DNA of 64,000 bases. Origin: Clostridia bacterium. GTDB lineage: Bacteria > Bacillota > Clostridia > Christensenellales > UBA1242. The translations under genes were made by a program, and so were the position numbers. Positions 49,105-59,061 of this stretch are shown one piece after another. Each line of letters begins with the position of its first letter. The stretch's first letter is position 1. A model generated the notes under the pieces. The model was not told where the DNA came from. It worked only from the letters and a program-made list of their open reading frames with translations, and did no database searches. The DNA is taken from assembly GCA_041663585.1 (NCBI GenBank), contig JBAYMN010000001.1:475-64474 (forward strand), written 5' to 3'.

Positions 49105-49971
49105 ATGAAATTCTTTAAAATGCATGGAATTGGCAACGATTACATTTTTGTAAACTGTTTAAATAGAGAACCTGAAAATCCTAATGAACTTGCAAAATTT
49201 TTGTGCAACAGGCATTTTAGTATAGGTGGCGATGGGCTTATATTAATACTTCCATCGTATTCCGCAAATGTTCAAATGCGTATTTTTAATTCTGATGGTA
49301 GCGAAGCGGAACTTTGCGGTAATGCCATAAGGTGTTTAGGAAAATATATATACGATGAAGGGCTTATTAAAAATCCGACAGTTACAGTGGAAACATTAGC
49401 GGGAATTAAAACTTTACAAATTAATTTGAGTGAAAGTATTGTTAAAAGCGTTAGCGTAAATATGGGAGTACCTATTTTAATACCCGATTTAATACCGGTA
49501 ATAAGTAATGACCATATGCCAGTCATTGACAGAGAAATTAAAGTTGACGAAAATACTATATTGTATTCCGCTGTATCAATGGGAAATCCACATGCGGTTG
49601 TTTTTGTGTACGAACTTGATACTTTACCTATTGAAAAAATTGGCAGTTTGATTGAAGTACATAGCGATTTTCCGGAACGAACAAATGTAGAATTTGTACA
49701 GGTATTAGATTCTGGTACACTAAAAGTACGAGTTTGGGAAAGAGGCGTGGGCGAAACATTGGGTTGTGGTACAGGTGCGTGTGCCGTTGCGGTCATTAGT
49801 GATATAAAAGGTTTAATAAAAAACGAATGTATTATAAATATGCGTGGCGGGATATTAAAAGTTCAAGTTGGTTCAACTGTATATTTAACGGGTAATGCAG
49901 TATATACATTTAGCGGGAATATTAATTTACCAAAAGAATTTAAATTTATAAAAACAAAAAAAGAGATGTAA
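49105..49971 (+). CDS. dapF: diaminopimelate epimerase
   Basis: 288 aa. FFKMHGIGNDYIF, NSDGSEAELCGN and GCGTGACA (both catalytic Cys residues). Confidence 0.93.
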   Translation: MKFFKMHGIGNDYIFVNCLNREPENPNELAKFLCNRHFSIGGDGLILILPSYSANVQMRIFNSDGSEAELCGNAIRCLGKYIYDEGLIKNPTVTVETLAGIKTLQINLSESIVKSVSVNMGVPILIPDLIPVISNDHMPVIDREIKVDENTILYSAVSMGNPHAVVFVYELDTLPIEKIGSLIEVHSDFPERTNVEFVQVLDSGTLKVRVWERGVGETLGCGTGACAVAVISDIKGLIKNECIINMRGGILKVQVGSTVYLTGNAVYTFSGNINLPKEFKFIKTKKEM

Positions 49972-49977
49972 GTAAAA

Positions 49978-51192
49978 GTGAAGATCAATAAAAATTTTTT
50001 AGCACTTAAAAATAATTATCTTTTTAGTGAAATAAACAGGCGGGCAAGTGCTTATAAGTTAGAACACCCAAACGTAGATGTTATTAGTTTAGGAATAGGA
50101 GATGTCACTCAGCCACTTGCCCCCGTAGTTATATCTGCTATGCAAAAAGCAGTGCAGGATTTATCTAATGTGCAAACATTTAAAGGGTATAGTCCGAATC
50201 AAGGTTATATGTTTTTGCGAGAAAATATATCAAAGTATGACTATGTTTTAAAAGGTATAGACATTTCGCCAAATGAAATATGCGTAGGAGATGGCATTAA
50301 AAGCGATATTTCAAATATGCTTGAACTATTCGCCGATAAATCGGTTATTGCGCTTATGAACCCCGTATATCCTGCTTATTTAGATAGTGTAATAATGTCT
50401 GGCAAAGCCGGTAAGAATTGTAGCGGGAAATGGTCTAAAATAATTAATTTATATTGTACTGCTGAAAACAATTTTCTACCAGAAATACCTATAAAAAAAC
50501 CTGATATAATTTATTTGTGTTTTCCGAATAATCCCACAGGTGCGGTATGCGATGTTAAAAAACTAAAAGAGTGGATTGATTATGCCAACAAAGTTGGTGC
50601 TATAATATTTTTTGATAGTGCCTATGAAGCCTATATTACAGAAGATTATCCACATAGCATATACGAAATTTCGGGGGCAAAACAGTGCGCGATTGAATTT
50701 AAAAGTTATTCAAAAACAGCGGGCTTTACGGGCGTAAGATGCAGTTATACAGTCATACCAAATGATATTATAGTAGGCAATAAATTAGTACTTGATTTGT
50801 GGACTAGAAGGCAAAGTTCTAAGTTTAACGGAGCAAGTTACATTTCTCAGTGTGGCGCAAATGCAATATATAGTGAAGAAAATCGCTCGCAAATTAAAGA
50901 AAATATAGATTACTATATGAAAAATGCACACTATATTTTTACAAATCTAGTTAATTCCGGAATAAAAGCATATGGTGGGGTAAACGCACCTTATATTTGG
51001 GTAAAAACGCCAGAAAACATATCATCGTGGGATATATTTGACATTATGTTAAAACGGGCGGGAGTTATTTGCACCCCGGGTGCAGGATTTGGATCATTCG
51101 GACAAAATTACATACGGTTAACAGCATTTAATACCTACGAAAATACAGTAAAGGCTATGCAAAACATTATTATATCTAAAATATTTGTATAG
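49978..51192 (+). CDS. dapL: LL-diaminopimelate aminotransferase
   Basis: 404 aa, GTG start. N-terminal NYLFSEI...LGIGDVTQPL signature of DapL. PLP-lysine context SYSKTAGFTG. Confidence 0.88.
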   Translation: MKINKNFLALKNNYLFSEINRRASAYKLEHPNVDVISLGIGDVTQPLAPVVISAMQKAVQDLSNVQTFKGYSPNQGYMFLRENISKYDYVLKGIDISPNEICVGDGIKSDISNMLELFADKSVIALMNPVYPAYLDSVIMSGKAGKNCSGKWSKIINLYCTAENNFLPEIPIKKPDIIYLCFPNNPTGAVCDVKKLKEWIDYANKVGAIIFFDSAYEAYITEDYPHSIYEISGAKQCAIEFKSYSKTAGFTGVRCSYTVIPNDIIVGNKLVLDLWTRRQSSKFNGASYISQCGANAIYSEENRSQIKENIDYYMKNAHYIFTNLVNSGIKAYGGVNAPYIWVKTPENISSWDIFDIMLKRAGVICTPGAGFGSFGQNYIRLTAFNTYENTVKAMQNIIISKIFV

Positions 51193-51207
51193 TAACAGGA
51201 GGCAAAA

Positions 51208-51912
51208 ATGGCTAATGTAGTTGTTGTAGGTTCGTACGGAAAAATGGGTAGTCTTATGTGCAATGCAATAAAAGAAAGTAAAAATTATAATTTGCTTTAT
51301 GGGGTGGATATTTTAGCAGACGGAGAAGAAAAAAATATTTATAATAATTTGGATATAAAATACGGACTACCTGATGTTATTATTGATTTTTCTAATGCAG
51401 ATGCACTAGTGGATATAATTGATTTTGCAGTTTTCCACAATACTAAACTTATTATTGCTACTACCGGACATAGCGAGTGTGGTAATAAATTAGTAACACA
51501 AGCATCTGAAAAAATTGCTATATTTAAATCCGAAAATTTTAGTTTTGGTATGAATGTGTTGGTAGAAGAATTGAAAACATTTTCTAAAAAACTTATTGGT
51601 TATGACACTGAAATTCTTGAATGTCATAAAAAATATAAAAAAGATTATCCGAGCGGGACAGCAATTATGTTAAAAAATATTATTAAACAACATTCAATTA
51701 ATAGCCCCGCCATTATTCCTATTCATTCGATAAGAATAGGAGATGTTGCTGGAATGCACACTATTATTTTTGGTGGAACAGGAGAATTGATAGAACTAAA
51801 ACATACAGTGCTTGACCGTTCGGTTTTTGTAAATGGCGTAATAAAAGCCTTATATTTCATACAAAATAAATCAAAAGGTTTATACAATATGAATGATTTA
51901 ATAAAAATGTAG
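51208..51912 (+). CDS. dapB: 4-hydroxy-tetrahydrodipicolinate reductase
   Basis: 234 aa. GSYGKMG nucleotide-binding start and the ECHKKYKKDYPSGTA motif. Confidence 0.85.
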   Translation: MANVVVVGSYGKMGSLMCNAIKESKNYNLLYGVDILADGEEKNIYNNLDIKYGLPDVIIDFSNADALVDIIDFAVFHNTKLIIATTGHSECGNKLVTQASEKIAIFKSENFSFGMNVLVEELKTFSKKLIGYDTEILECHKKYKKDYPSGTAIMLKNIIKQHSINSPAIIPIHSIRIGDVAGMHTIIFGGTGELIELKHTVLDRSVFVNGVIKALYFIQNKSKGLYNMNDLIKM

Positions 51913-52031
51913 CAAATCTTTATACGGATTATAAAATTTGTTGTATGTTGTTATTTTTTGTCATAATTAATTGACAATATATTTTAGAAATATATACTAA
52001 GTTAAGATATTACCGAATAACGAGGTGAAAA

Positions 52032-52775
52032 TTGTTTAACTGGACTGATACACAAGAATTTTGTTTTCCAATTACCATAATTGTTATAGTTGTATTAACT
52101 ATTATTTTAACATTTTTATTAAAAAATAAAAGCGAAAGAATTAAATTAATTCCGCTTAAATTCATCTCATTATTATTAATAATTGCCGAAATAGTAAAAC
52201 TTGTAAGAATATATAATTCTGTTGGTTTAATTCCTAGTCAATATTGGCCATTTCAGTTTTGCAGTATGTTTTTGGTCTGGTTTTTTATCGCTTCCTTTTT
52301 TAAAGGCAAAATTGGTAAAGCCGGTTTGGCTACAAGTTTTGTTTGTGGAGTAATGGCATTTATTTGCTTTATGATTTCACCTGTTTCGGTAATTGGCAAT
52401 GCTACCGATAATTTATCATTGGTTTGGAGCAATTTTGACAATTTACATACATTTTTTTACCACTGGCTGATAGTGTTATTTCCTATATTAATTGTGGCCT
52501 TAAAATTGTATAATCCTAAATTTTCGGATAGAAAATTTGTGTTAATTCCATTTTATATTTATGCAACCGTTTCTGTAATAATGGCTAATAAATATGAGCA
52601 AAATTATATTATGATTTTACGCAATACTGTTATTGATTGGCCTAACCATATTATTATTGATGCGGGTTATTGGGCTTATTTACTATTTATGTACGCATTT
52701 GCATTATTGTCCATTTTACTTGTTTTAGCGTTTTTTGATTTTATTTTAAAAGATTCATCTACCGAAAAATCTTAA
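52032..52775 (+). CDS. polytopic integral membrane protein (YwaF/TIGR02206-like, tentative)
   Basis: 247 aa, TTG start, about 7 predicted hydrophobic helices. Confidence 0.45.
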   Translation: MFNWTDTQEFCFPITIIVIVVLTIILTFLLKNKSERIKLIPLKFISLLLIIAEIVKLVRIYNSVGLIPSQYWPFQFCSMFLVWFFIASFFKGKIGKAGLATSFVCGVMAFICFMISPVSVIGNATDNLSLVWSNFDNLHTFFYHWLIVLFPILIVALKLYNPKFSDRKFVLIPFYIYATVSVIMANKYEQNYIMILRNTVIDWPNHIIIDAGYWAYLLFMYAFALLSILLVLAFFDFILKDSSTEKS

Positions 52776-52896
52776 AATGCTACATAATAACGGTTAATTT
52801 AACATAAATTAAATATTGGATTAATGTTTGTATTAACATTAATTTTTTTTGTTTGAATATTATAAAGTGTACATAATTTTTTGAGGGGGATTATTA

Positions 52897-53832
52897 ATGG
52901 GTAAAAAAATAGCCGAACATATTACATACTTAAAAGAATTAATTAATTTTTTATCAGAACCTGTCTGTATTTATAAAAAAAAAGGAAAAGAATATATCGT
53001 TGAGTTTTATAATCAAAGTTTTAAAAAATTTGAACAAGTAAATAAATTTTTTCCGCCAGCAATCGATAATGAAGTGCCAAATTATTTATATAAAATTTGT
53101 GAAAGCGTTATAAAAGATAAAGCGACTTATGATTTTAATAATATATACTATCAAAAAGGAGTTTGTCCTAATTATAGGGGCAAATGTTCTTACATTAGTG
53201 CAACCGAAGGAGATTATATTATATTAAATATTAAAAGCACTGAGTATCGCAGAGAACTAGAAAATATCACTTTTAGAGATAGTTTGACAGCGATTTACAA
53301 TAGAAGATTTTTAGATAATTATTTGTTAGAGTTTAAAAATCCATATCCTATTACGATAGCAATGTTAGATGTAAATGGATTAAAAGTTGTTAACGATATA
53401 CTGGGACATAGTTTTGGAGATGAACTTTTAGTAAGAGCCAGTAAATTAATAGAGCAGACATTTGATAATTGTATTGTTGGAAGATATGGTGGTGATGAAT
53501 TTTTAGTCATAAGTGGCTACGATGATATTGATTTATTTAAAACAAAAGCGGAAAAATTTAAAAAAATAATAATGCCTCAAAATAAAAATGATTTACCAGT
53601 GAGTATTGCCATTGGTGTTTTTAGGCAGGCAAATTCTAAGCAAAGTATAAAAAATGTTATTGAACTTGCTGAAAAAGATATGTACGAAAATAAATATTCT
53701 AGTAGTTTTGAGTTAAACAAAGAGTATATCAGTACATTACTAAACTTAAATATTATAACCAAAGAACAACTATCCAAATTTTTAGAAAAAATAAACGAAA
53801 AAGTATCTATATACTCCGACTTAATTAAATAA
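52897..53832 (+). CDS. diguanylate cyclase (GGDEF domain) with N-terminal sensor-like region
   Basis: 311 aa. RDSLTAIYNRRF, intact GGDEF (GRYGGDEF). No RxxD I-site 5 residues upstream. Confidence 0.85.
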   Translation: MGKKIAEHITYLKELINFLSEPVCIYKKKGKEYIVEFYNQSFKKFEQVNKFFPPAIDNEVPNYLYKICESVIKDKATYDFNNIYYQKGVCPNYRGKCSYISATEGDYIILNIKSTEYRRELENITFRDSLTAIYNRRFLDNYLLEFKNPYPITIAMLDVNGLKVVNDILGHSFGDELLVRASKLIEQTFDNCIVGRYGGDEFLVISGYDDIDLFKTKAEKFKKIIMPQNKNDLPVSIAIGVFRQANSKQSIKNVIELAEKDMYENKYSSSFELNKEYISTLLNLNIITKEQLSKFLEKINEKVSIYSDLIK

Positions 53833-53888
53833 AAATTAATGCCTTATCAGAGTAAGCACACAAATTATTATTTAATTAAATATTTTAT

Positions 53889-54896
53889 TTAAAATACAAT
53901 TTCTTGCTCGTCTTCGTGTGATATGTTTTTGACCACTTCTTTACATTCTGTTACCAAATTAAATATTGTTGTTCTCAAACAATTTTTACTTAAACACTGG
54001 AATGCAGCGGCAGTTTTGTGTCCGCCACCATCAAATTTTTTTGCAATTTCCGATACATCTACATTTTCATCTTTGCTTCTTAGTGAAATATAATAATTTT
54101 CGGGTTCTTTTTCTATTACGACGATGCTAATATCAATACCGGATATTGTAATGCCTTGGTCTGCAATACCTAGTGTATCTTCCCAAGTTCCTTGTGCGTT
54201 TATAATATCGATGTACATAATTTTCATATAAGAAATATGGTCGCTAGCAAAAAATTTTAATGAGTGTAACGCTTTTTCTAATATAATTGATTTAGACTTT
54301 GAATTATTTTTAAAAAAATATTCTCTAATTGCTAAATAATCAAAATTAAATTTTAATATTTCAGATATTACATAATGAGTACGACCTTGCATAGCAGTAC
54401 TGGTAAAACAATTTGTATCTGTTATAATACCTATATAAATATATTTAGCGGTTTCAGTTGTAATTGTTAAGTTAAATTTTTTGAACATTAAGTATAATAA
54501 TTCGCCTGTACTTGCCGTGCTATGCAAAACGATATTAATATTACCAAATCGTTCGTTAGATGCGTGATGGTCAATATTAATTTTATCTTTTATTGATTGA
54601 TAAAAGTCTTTAAATTTTCCTAATCTACTAGCAGAATTGCAATCTAATGAGATGGCTAAGTCATAATCCTTGTCGTTAAATTCGCTTAAAATATTTTTTT
54701 CTTTAAAAGCAGAATAAAAATTTGCTGGTTCAGCATCAATAAAAATGTCTATTTCTTTTTTGGGATAATTATCTATTAACATTTGTTTAAAAGCCAGACA
54801 CGATGATATTGCATCAGCATCGGGGCTTGTGTGTGAAAACAATGCAATTTTACTTTTTTCTTTCAGTAAGTTTTTTAGGTCGCTAATATTTGACAT
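53889..54896 (-). CDS. DHH/DHHA1 family phosphoesterase (NrnA-like oligoribonuclease / pAp phosphatase)
   Basis: 335 aa. HTSPDADAISS, NIDHHASN (DHH motif), DGGGHKTAAAF (DHHA1 GGGH motif). Confidence 0.85.
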   Translation of the reverse strand: MSNISDLKNLLKEKSKIALFSHTSPDADAISSCLAFKQMLIDNYPKKEIDIFIDAEPANFYSAFKEKNILSEFNDKDYDLAISLDCNSASRLGKFKDFYQSIKDKINIDHHASNERFGNINIVLHSTASTGELLYLMFKKFNLTITTETAKYIYIGIITDTNCFTSTAMQGRTHYVISEILKFNFDYLAIREYFFKNNSKSKSIILEKALHSLKFFASDHISYMKIMYIDIINAQGTWEDTLGIADQGITISGIDISIVVIEKEPENYYISLRSKDENVDVSEIAKKFDGGGHKTAAAFQCLSKNCLRTTIFNLVTECKEVVKNISHEDEQEIVF

Positions 54897-55081
54897 AAAT
54901 CCTCCGTTCCATATTATATCATATTAAATATAAAAGTGCAAGAGCGCATATTTTATGCATTAATTAATATTCACAATTATTAATTTTTGCTCATAAAATT
55001 TATTGATAAATTGTTGTATTTTTTATTTGTTTGTTATATAATATCAAACATTAATATGCTAAACTAAAATTCAAGGAAAAA

Positions 55082-55588
55082 ATGGTTATTATGATTAATT
55101 TATTACAAAATTTTTATAAGATTGCAAACACGGGGAATTTTATTATTACTTATAATCCGATAAAACAAGTATACGAGATGATGCTAAATTATTTAAATAA
55201 AAATGGCGAAATAAAAAAACAGTATTTTTTTGATAACAGTTTAGAAGCAATTTTTCTTTCCATTAACGAATTCTGTTATAAAAATTTGTTCGGTGTTTTA
55301 GGTTTTAGACATGAAGTAAGAAATGCATTTAAATTTTTAACTTGTAAATTAAAAGAATTAAATAAAAAAGAATATTCAGTTTATAATAAAGATTGCGTTT
55401 ATATAATTTGTGTTCCAGCGCAAAAAATTGCAAAATTGATTTCGCCATTTGGTGATTTGTCGTATTCTACATCTGATGATATGGAACAAGTATTTATTGA
55501 CTTTGAGAATAACTTTAACAATGATTTAGAAAATATAATCAAAAAATATATTAAAAATAAGCGTGAAATAGAAGAAGAAAAAGTTTAA
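55082..55588 (+). CDS. hypothetical protein
   Basis: 168-aa ORF in its own intergenic space. No recognisable motif. Confidence 0.45.
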   Translation: MVIMINLLQNFYKIANTGNFIITYNPIKQVYEMMLNYLNKNGEIKKQYFFDNSLEAIFLSINEFCYKNLFGVLGFRHEVRNAFKFLTCKLKELNKKEYSVYNKDCVYIICVPAQKIAKLISPFGDLSYSTSDDMEQVFIDFENNFNNDLENIIKKYIKNKREIEEEKV

Positions 55589-55623
55589 TTAGCAATTTGT
55601 TTACATTTAGCACCATTAAAGAA

Positions 55624-56757
55624 TTATCTGCTTCTTCGTTTTTGTACAATCATTAATAATGAGATTATTCCAACTAAAAATAAGACAGAAACCAGTATTT
55701 TTATATTATCCTTTAAATGATTACTATTTGTCGCATCTAAATCGGTGTCAATAGTCAAATCGGTATCGGTATTTGTAATACCAGTATCAGTTGCAGGTTG
55801 TATATCTGCATTATCAGTTATATCATCAGAAATTATTATATCGCCAGAACCGGAAACATTAAATAATGTTTCATTTATTACATTTGCAAGCAGTGGCATA
55901 CTGGCTATTACCGCTTCTTTTTCTATAAGATATGTACCGCATTCAAATATTAATGCTTGATTGGTTAAGTCTTGGTTATATGAATTTTTTCCTATGTATA
56001 TATCTTTTATTAAACCGCTATATAAATTGTCCGATGTTGCTTTAATTTTTAGCGCAAATTCTAAATTGTATGAATAACTTTGATTAGATTTTCCCACAAC
56101 AATTCTAATTTTACTTAAAGATTGATCGTTTAGTACTACTTCATATGATGACTTTGGCAAAGCATCACGATGTATATCAAAAATTGCGACTGGAACAGGT
56201 GAAGTGTTTAGTAAACTTTGCGCTGTAAGTCTACTACGCGTATACGCTGAACTGTTATGAGGTAGATGCAATGTTTCGTTATGATACACAATAGTATTCT
56301 GTTGTAATAAAGCAAGTGTTAAAGCATTGCCGACATCATGTATACCGCCTATTCCGTAAATACTGTCTGTGCCATCGGTTGGAACATAAGATTCGGCATT
56401 ATGTGTATGATATAATCCCACCACTTGTTGTGTGCTTGTGTGTTCTGGGGTTTCGCTAGTAATAGTTGGTAAATAAAATTGTGCTTTAAATTCGGCATAC
56501 GCTAAATAATTATCATAATCTACACTTATTACTTCATACCATGCATTATTTTTTGATACATACTGATCGCCAACTTCTACATATTCCGATTCAAACAATG
56601 CTTCATTTGTATGTATACTATAAATGGTATAAAGTTCTTCAACTGGCGGAACTGTACCGAATTCATCAGCAGATACTGTATGTTGAACTGTTATACTTAA
56701 TGTAAAAATGCAAAATAACAAAACAAATATTATGTAAGGATTTTTACGTTTTTTCAT
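55624..56757 (-). CDS. spoIIP: stage II sporulation protein P
   Basis: 377 aa. N-terminal anchor. SpoIIP blocks VGLYHTHNAESY and IFDIHRDA. Thr/Asp-rich spacer and C-terminal TM helix. Confidence 0.85.
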   Translation of the reverse strand: MKKRKNPYIIFVLLFCIFTLSITVQHTVSADEFGTVPPVEELYTIYSIHTNEALFESEYVEVGDQYVSKNNAWYEVISVDYDNYLAYAEFKAQFYLPTITSETPEHTSTQQVVGLYHTHNAESYVPTDGTDSIYGIGGIHDVGNALTLALLQQNTIVYHNETLHLPHNSSAYTRSRLTAQSLLNTSPVPVAIFDIHRDALPKSSYEVVLNDQSLSKIRIVVGKSNQSYSYNLEFALKIKATSDNLYSGLIKDIYIGKNSYNQDLTNQALIFECGTYLIEKEAVIASMPLLANVINETLFNVSGSGDIIISDDITDNADIQPATDTGITNTDTDLTIDTDLDATNSNHLKDNIKILVSVLFLVGIISLLMIVQKRRSR

Positions 56758-56862
56758 AAAGATAATTTGTGTAATGCTATTTAATTTATGTAGTTATAAA
56801 AATAATAAATAATTTAAGAATGCGCATATTAATATTATAAATCTTAATTAGGAGATAATTGT

Positions 56863-57057
56863 ATGAATAGAATTGTTCTTGCGGTAGTTTGCTTTTTTTT
56901 GGGAGTACTTGGTGTACACAGATTTGCTGTTGGTAAAATAGGTACCGGCTTATTATATTTATTTACTGCTGGATTATTTGGTATTGGTTGGATTGTAGAT
57001 TTTGTTATGATAATTATGGGGAAATTTACAGATGCAAGCGGTAATTTTATAAAATAA
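56863..57057 (+). CDS. TM2 domain-containing small membrane protein
   Basis: 64 aa. GVLGVHRFAVGKIGTGLLYL...GIGWIVD pattern. AGGAG RBS. Confidence 0.75.
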   Translation: MNRIVLAVVCFFLGVLGVHRFAVGKIGTGLLYLFTAGLFGIGWIVDFVMIIMGKFTDASGNFIK

Positions 57058-57297
57058 AGTTGCATATTTATTCATTGTATTTATAAATATGCAAATTTTA
57101 TGTATAATTCTTATGAGAAAAAATATTTAAACTTTCATTTTTATATTTAAATAACAAAACATCGCGCAAAAAATTAAATATTTAGTATTATTTAAATATT
57201 TTTTGGAATTATATATTGTTAAATTTGACAATATATTTTTCTTGTGTTAATTTTATAATATATAAAATACTTGTATATTTTAGTAAAGGATAATATT

Positions 57298-58638
57298 TTG
57301 AAAAAAGAACAATTTATCGAATTTTTGGAAGAACATATTTTGCCTATATTTACTGGCTCCGAAATAAGCGGAGAGGAGCAGTCAAGCCCGCGTGATGCAC
57401 AAGTTGCGCAGGGAGTGGGGGGTAGCATACTTGCAAAATTTAACAAACAAGATGAATATCGAATTATAATAAAACGAATACAGCCATTTAAAACAATAGA
57501 AGTTTCACTCGTTAAATCCATTATAGAAGAACTTAAAGAGTTATCGCAGTACACTATTAAAAATGAATACATTAAAAAGTTTCAATCTTACGCCATTGAA
57601 AAAGCTATTTGTAAAGCAGTATCTCAAAAATCAAGTGTTACACTGTTAGAATTGATAAGTGAAATTTCAATTTGGTCGCAACGCACTTACGAAGGACATT
57701 ATTCTTCGTTTGGCTTTGTTATGTCGCCTAAAAAAATGGCAAAAGTGACTAACGAAAATCTGCATTTCTCAAATATGCTTTCTCGTGATTTCTCTGCATT
57801 GCTTTCTGATGGGGTGAACACTTTTTTGGAAATTTCGGCTGATGGTTATCTAATCGGATATATCACAGCCCCGCGTACTAACGATTATAATATTCTTAGT
57901 CCTTACGAATTTAGTAAAATTGCTAATATTTCAGAAGGCAATAAAATTGGTATTTCACTGCTTACAAACGGTGATATTTTGTTGTTTAAAGACCAAATGC
58001 TAGTCTTTGCAAAAAAGAATGGATTTTGGACAAGTTACAGCCACGAAGAAATTATACATAGAATTGCTGACAAAACAAAAGAATCGGCTGAGGATATTAG
58101 AAAGGCAATTTATTTAACTGCATTAGATACTTCTTTTTCTAAATCGGGCGGTTGTATAGTGCATTTAAACAAAGATGACATAAAAGAAGCATTAAAACAT
58201 ATTGATGTTTATGATATTTTAATGTCTGAATATTATCAAATTAAAATTGAAGAAAATCTAAATTATTCCTTCTTAGAAGAAAAAATGCAAGAACAAAAAA
58301 TTGTATCGTTTGAAGATTTTGTTGAAGATGAAAAGTGCATTAAAATTGTTAATTTGTGTAAAGTTATTGACGGTCGCAAATTCAATGAACTTGATAGAAA
58401 TTTGCGTAAAGAATTAGTTGCTATTGATGGTGCGACAGTTATTGATAATGATGGAAATATTGTTGCTATCGGTGCTATTATAAAAATTGAAGCAGGCAGT
58501 ACCGGTGGTGGCAGACTTGCTGCAACAAAAACACTTTCTAAATATGGCGTTGCAATTAAAATTTCGGCTGATGGCTCTATTGAAGGCTACCATTTTGATA
58601 AAAATAGAAATAAAACGAAGCCACTATTCTTCTTGTAA
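57298..58638 (+). CDS. DisA_N (diadenylate cyclase fold)-like protein with large N-terminal region; RHR motif absent
   Basis: ORF 57271-58638; the in-frame TTG at 57298 follows an AAAGGA RBS. The C-terminus IDGATVIDNDGNIVAIGAII...GGGRLAATKTLSKYGVAIKISADGSIEGY aligns by eye to the DAC core HDGAVII..G.I.AA...GTRHRAA...VSEETG.IS. Confidence 0.55.
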   Translation: MKKEQFIEFLEEHILPIFTGSEISGEEQSSPRDAQVAQGVGGSILAKFNKQDEYRIIIKRIQPFKTIEVSLVKSIIEELKELSQYTIKNEYIKKFQSYAIEKAICKAVSQKSSVTLLELISEISIWSQRTYEGHYSSFGFVMSPKKMAKVTNENLHFSNMLSRDFSALLSDGVNTFLEISADGYLIGYITAPRTNDYNILSPYEFSKIANISEGNKIGISLLTNGDILLFKDQMLVFAKKNGFWTSYSHEEIIHRIADKTKESAEDIRKAIYLTALDTSFSKSGGCIVHLNKDDIKEALKHIDVYDILMSEYYQIKIEENLNYSFLEEKMQEQKIVSFEDFVEDEKCIKIVNLCKVIDGRKFNELDRNLRKELVAIDGATVIDNDGNIVAIGAIIKIEAGSTGGGRLAATKTLSKYGVAIKISADGSIEGYHFDKNRNKTKPLFFL

Positions 58639-58718
58639 AAAGGACACCACGAGCCGATAAGTAGCGGGCACGCAAATTTAAAAATTTGCTAACCGCTGGG
58701 CTCGTGTGTTTCCCTTTT
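58639..58718 (+). repeat. rod-hairpin module X, second copy (core 58647-58706)
   Basis: CCACGAGCCGATAAGTAGCGGGCACGCAAATTTAAAAATTTGCTAACCGCTGGGCTCGTG; compare 30842-30901. Confidence 0.8.
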
Positions 58719-58772
58719 AATCGCGTTTTTGCTAAAAACGCTAATCCCTTCCTTCATAGGATATCACTCAAA

Positions 58773-58812
58773 ATAAGCAAGTCAGGCAAAGCCTAAGACT
58801 TGCTTATTTTTT
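58773..58812 (+). terminator. strong terminator-like hairpin downstream of the DAC-like gene
   Basis: ATAAGCAAGTCAGGC-AAA-GCCT(AA)GACTTGCTTAT followed by TTTTT. Confidence 0.6.
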
Positions 58813-58937
58813 CGTGGGGGATTTTTGAGCCATACTGCACATTTTAAGCATACTGATGTAAACATACAGCATATTCTTGCTGTACTTTCGAATTGAAAAG
58901 TAAAGTAGCATAAAATTAAAGATTTTTGGAATATTTG
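58781..58937 (+). repeat. 157-nt direct repeat, copy 1
   Basis: 154 of 157 positions are identical to 59062-59218. Confidence 0.9.
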
Positions 58938-58941
58938 TTTT

Positions 58942-58988
58942 AAAACAGGTTGCCGATTGCACCAGTGGTTGCATCGGCGTTCTGTTTT
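58942..58988 (+). repeat. symmetric hairpin AAAACAG-GTT-GCCGATTGCA-loop-TGCATCGGC-GTT-CTGTTTT
   Basis: Has the same outer frame (AAACAG-GTT ... GTT-CTG(C/T)TT) as 44258-44300, with a different inner stem. Confidence 0.65.
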
Positions 58989-59029
58989 AAGACAAAGAGC
59001 CTAAAAGGTTAATTTTAAGCGGCTCTAAT

Positions 59030-59056
59030 TTCCGCTTGACCGTTAGGCAAGCGGAA
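59030..59056 (+). repeat. bulged hairpin of the TTCCGC...GCGGAA family
   Basis: TTCCGCTTG-A-CC-GTTA-GG-CAAGCGGAA. Confidence 0.8.
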
Positions 59057-59061
59057 CAAAG

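Noticed and set aside
58804-58911. A 35-codon minus-strand ORF (MLLYFSIRKYSKNMLYVYISMLKMCSMAQKSPTKK) present in each 157-nt repeat.
   Set aside because: It has no Shine-Dalgarno sequence. One of the three differences between the copies is non-synonymous (Ser to Ile) and none is synonymous. The composition is typical of random AT-rich sequence.
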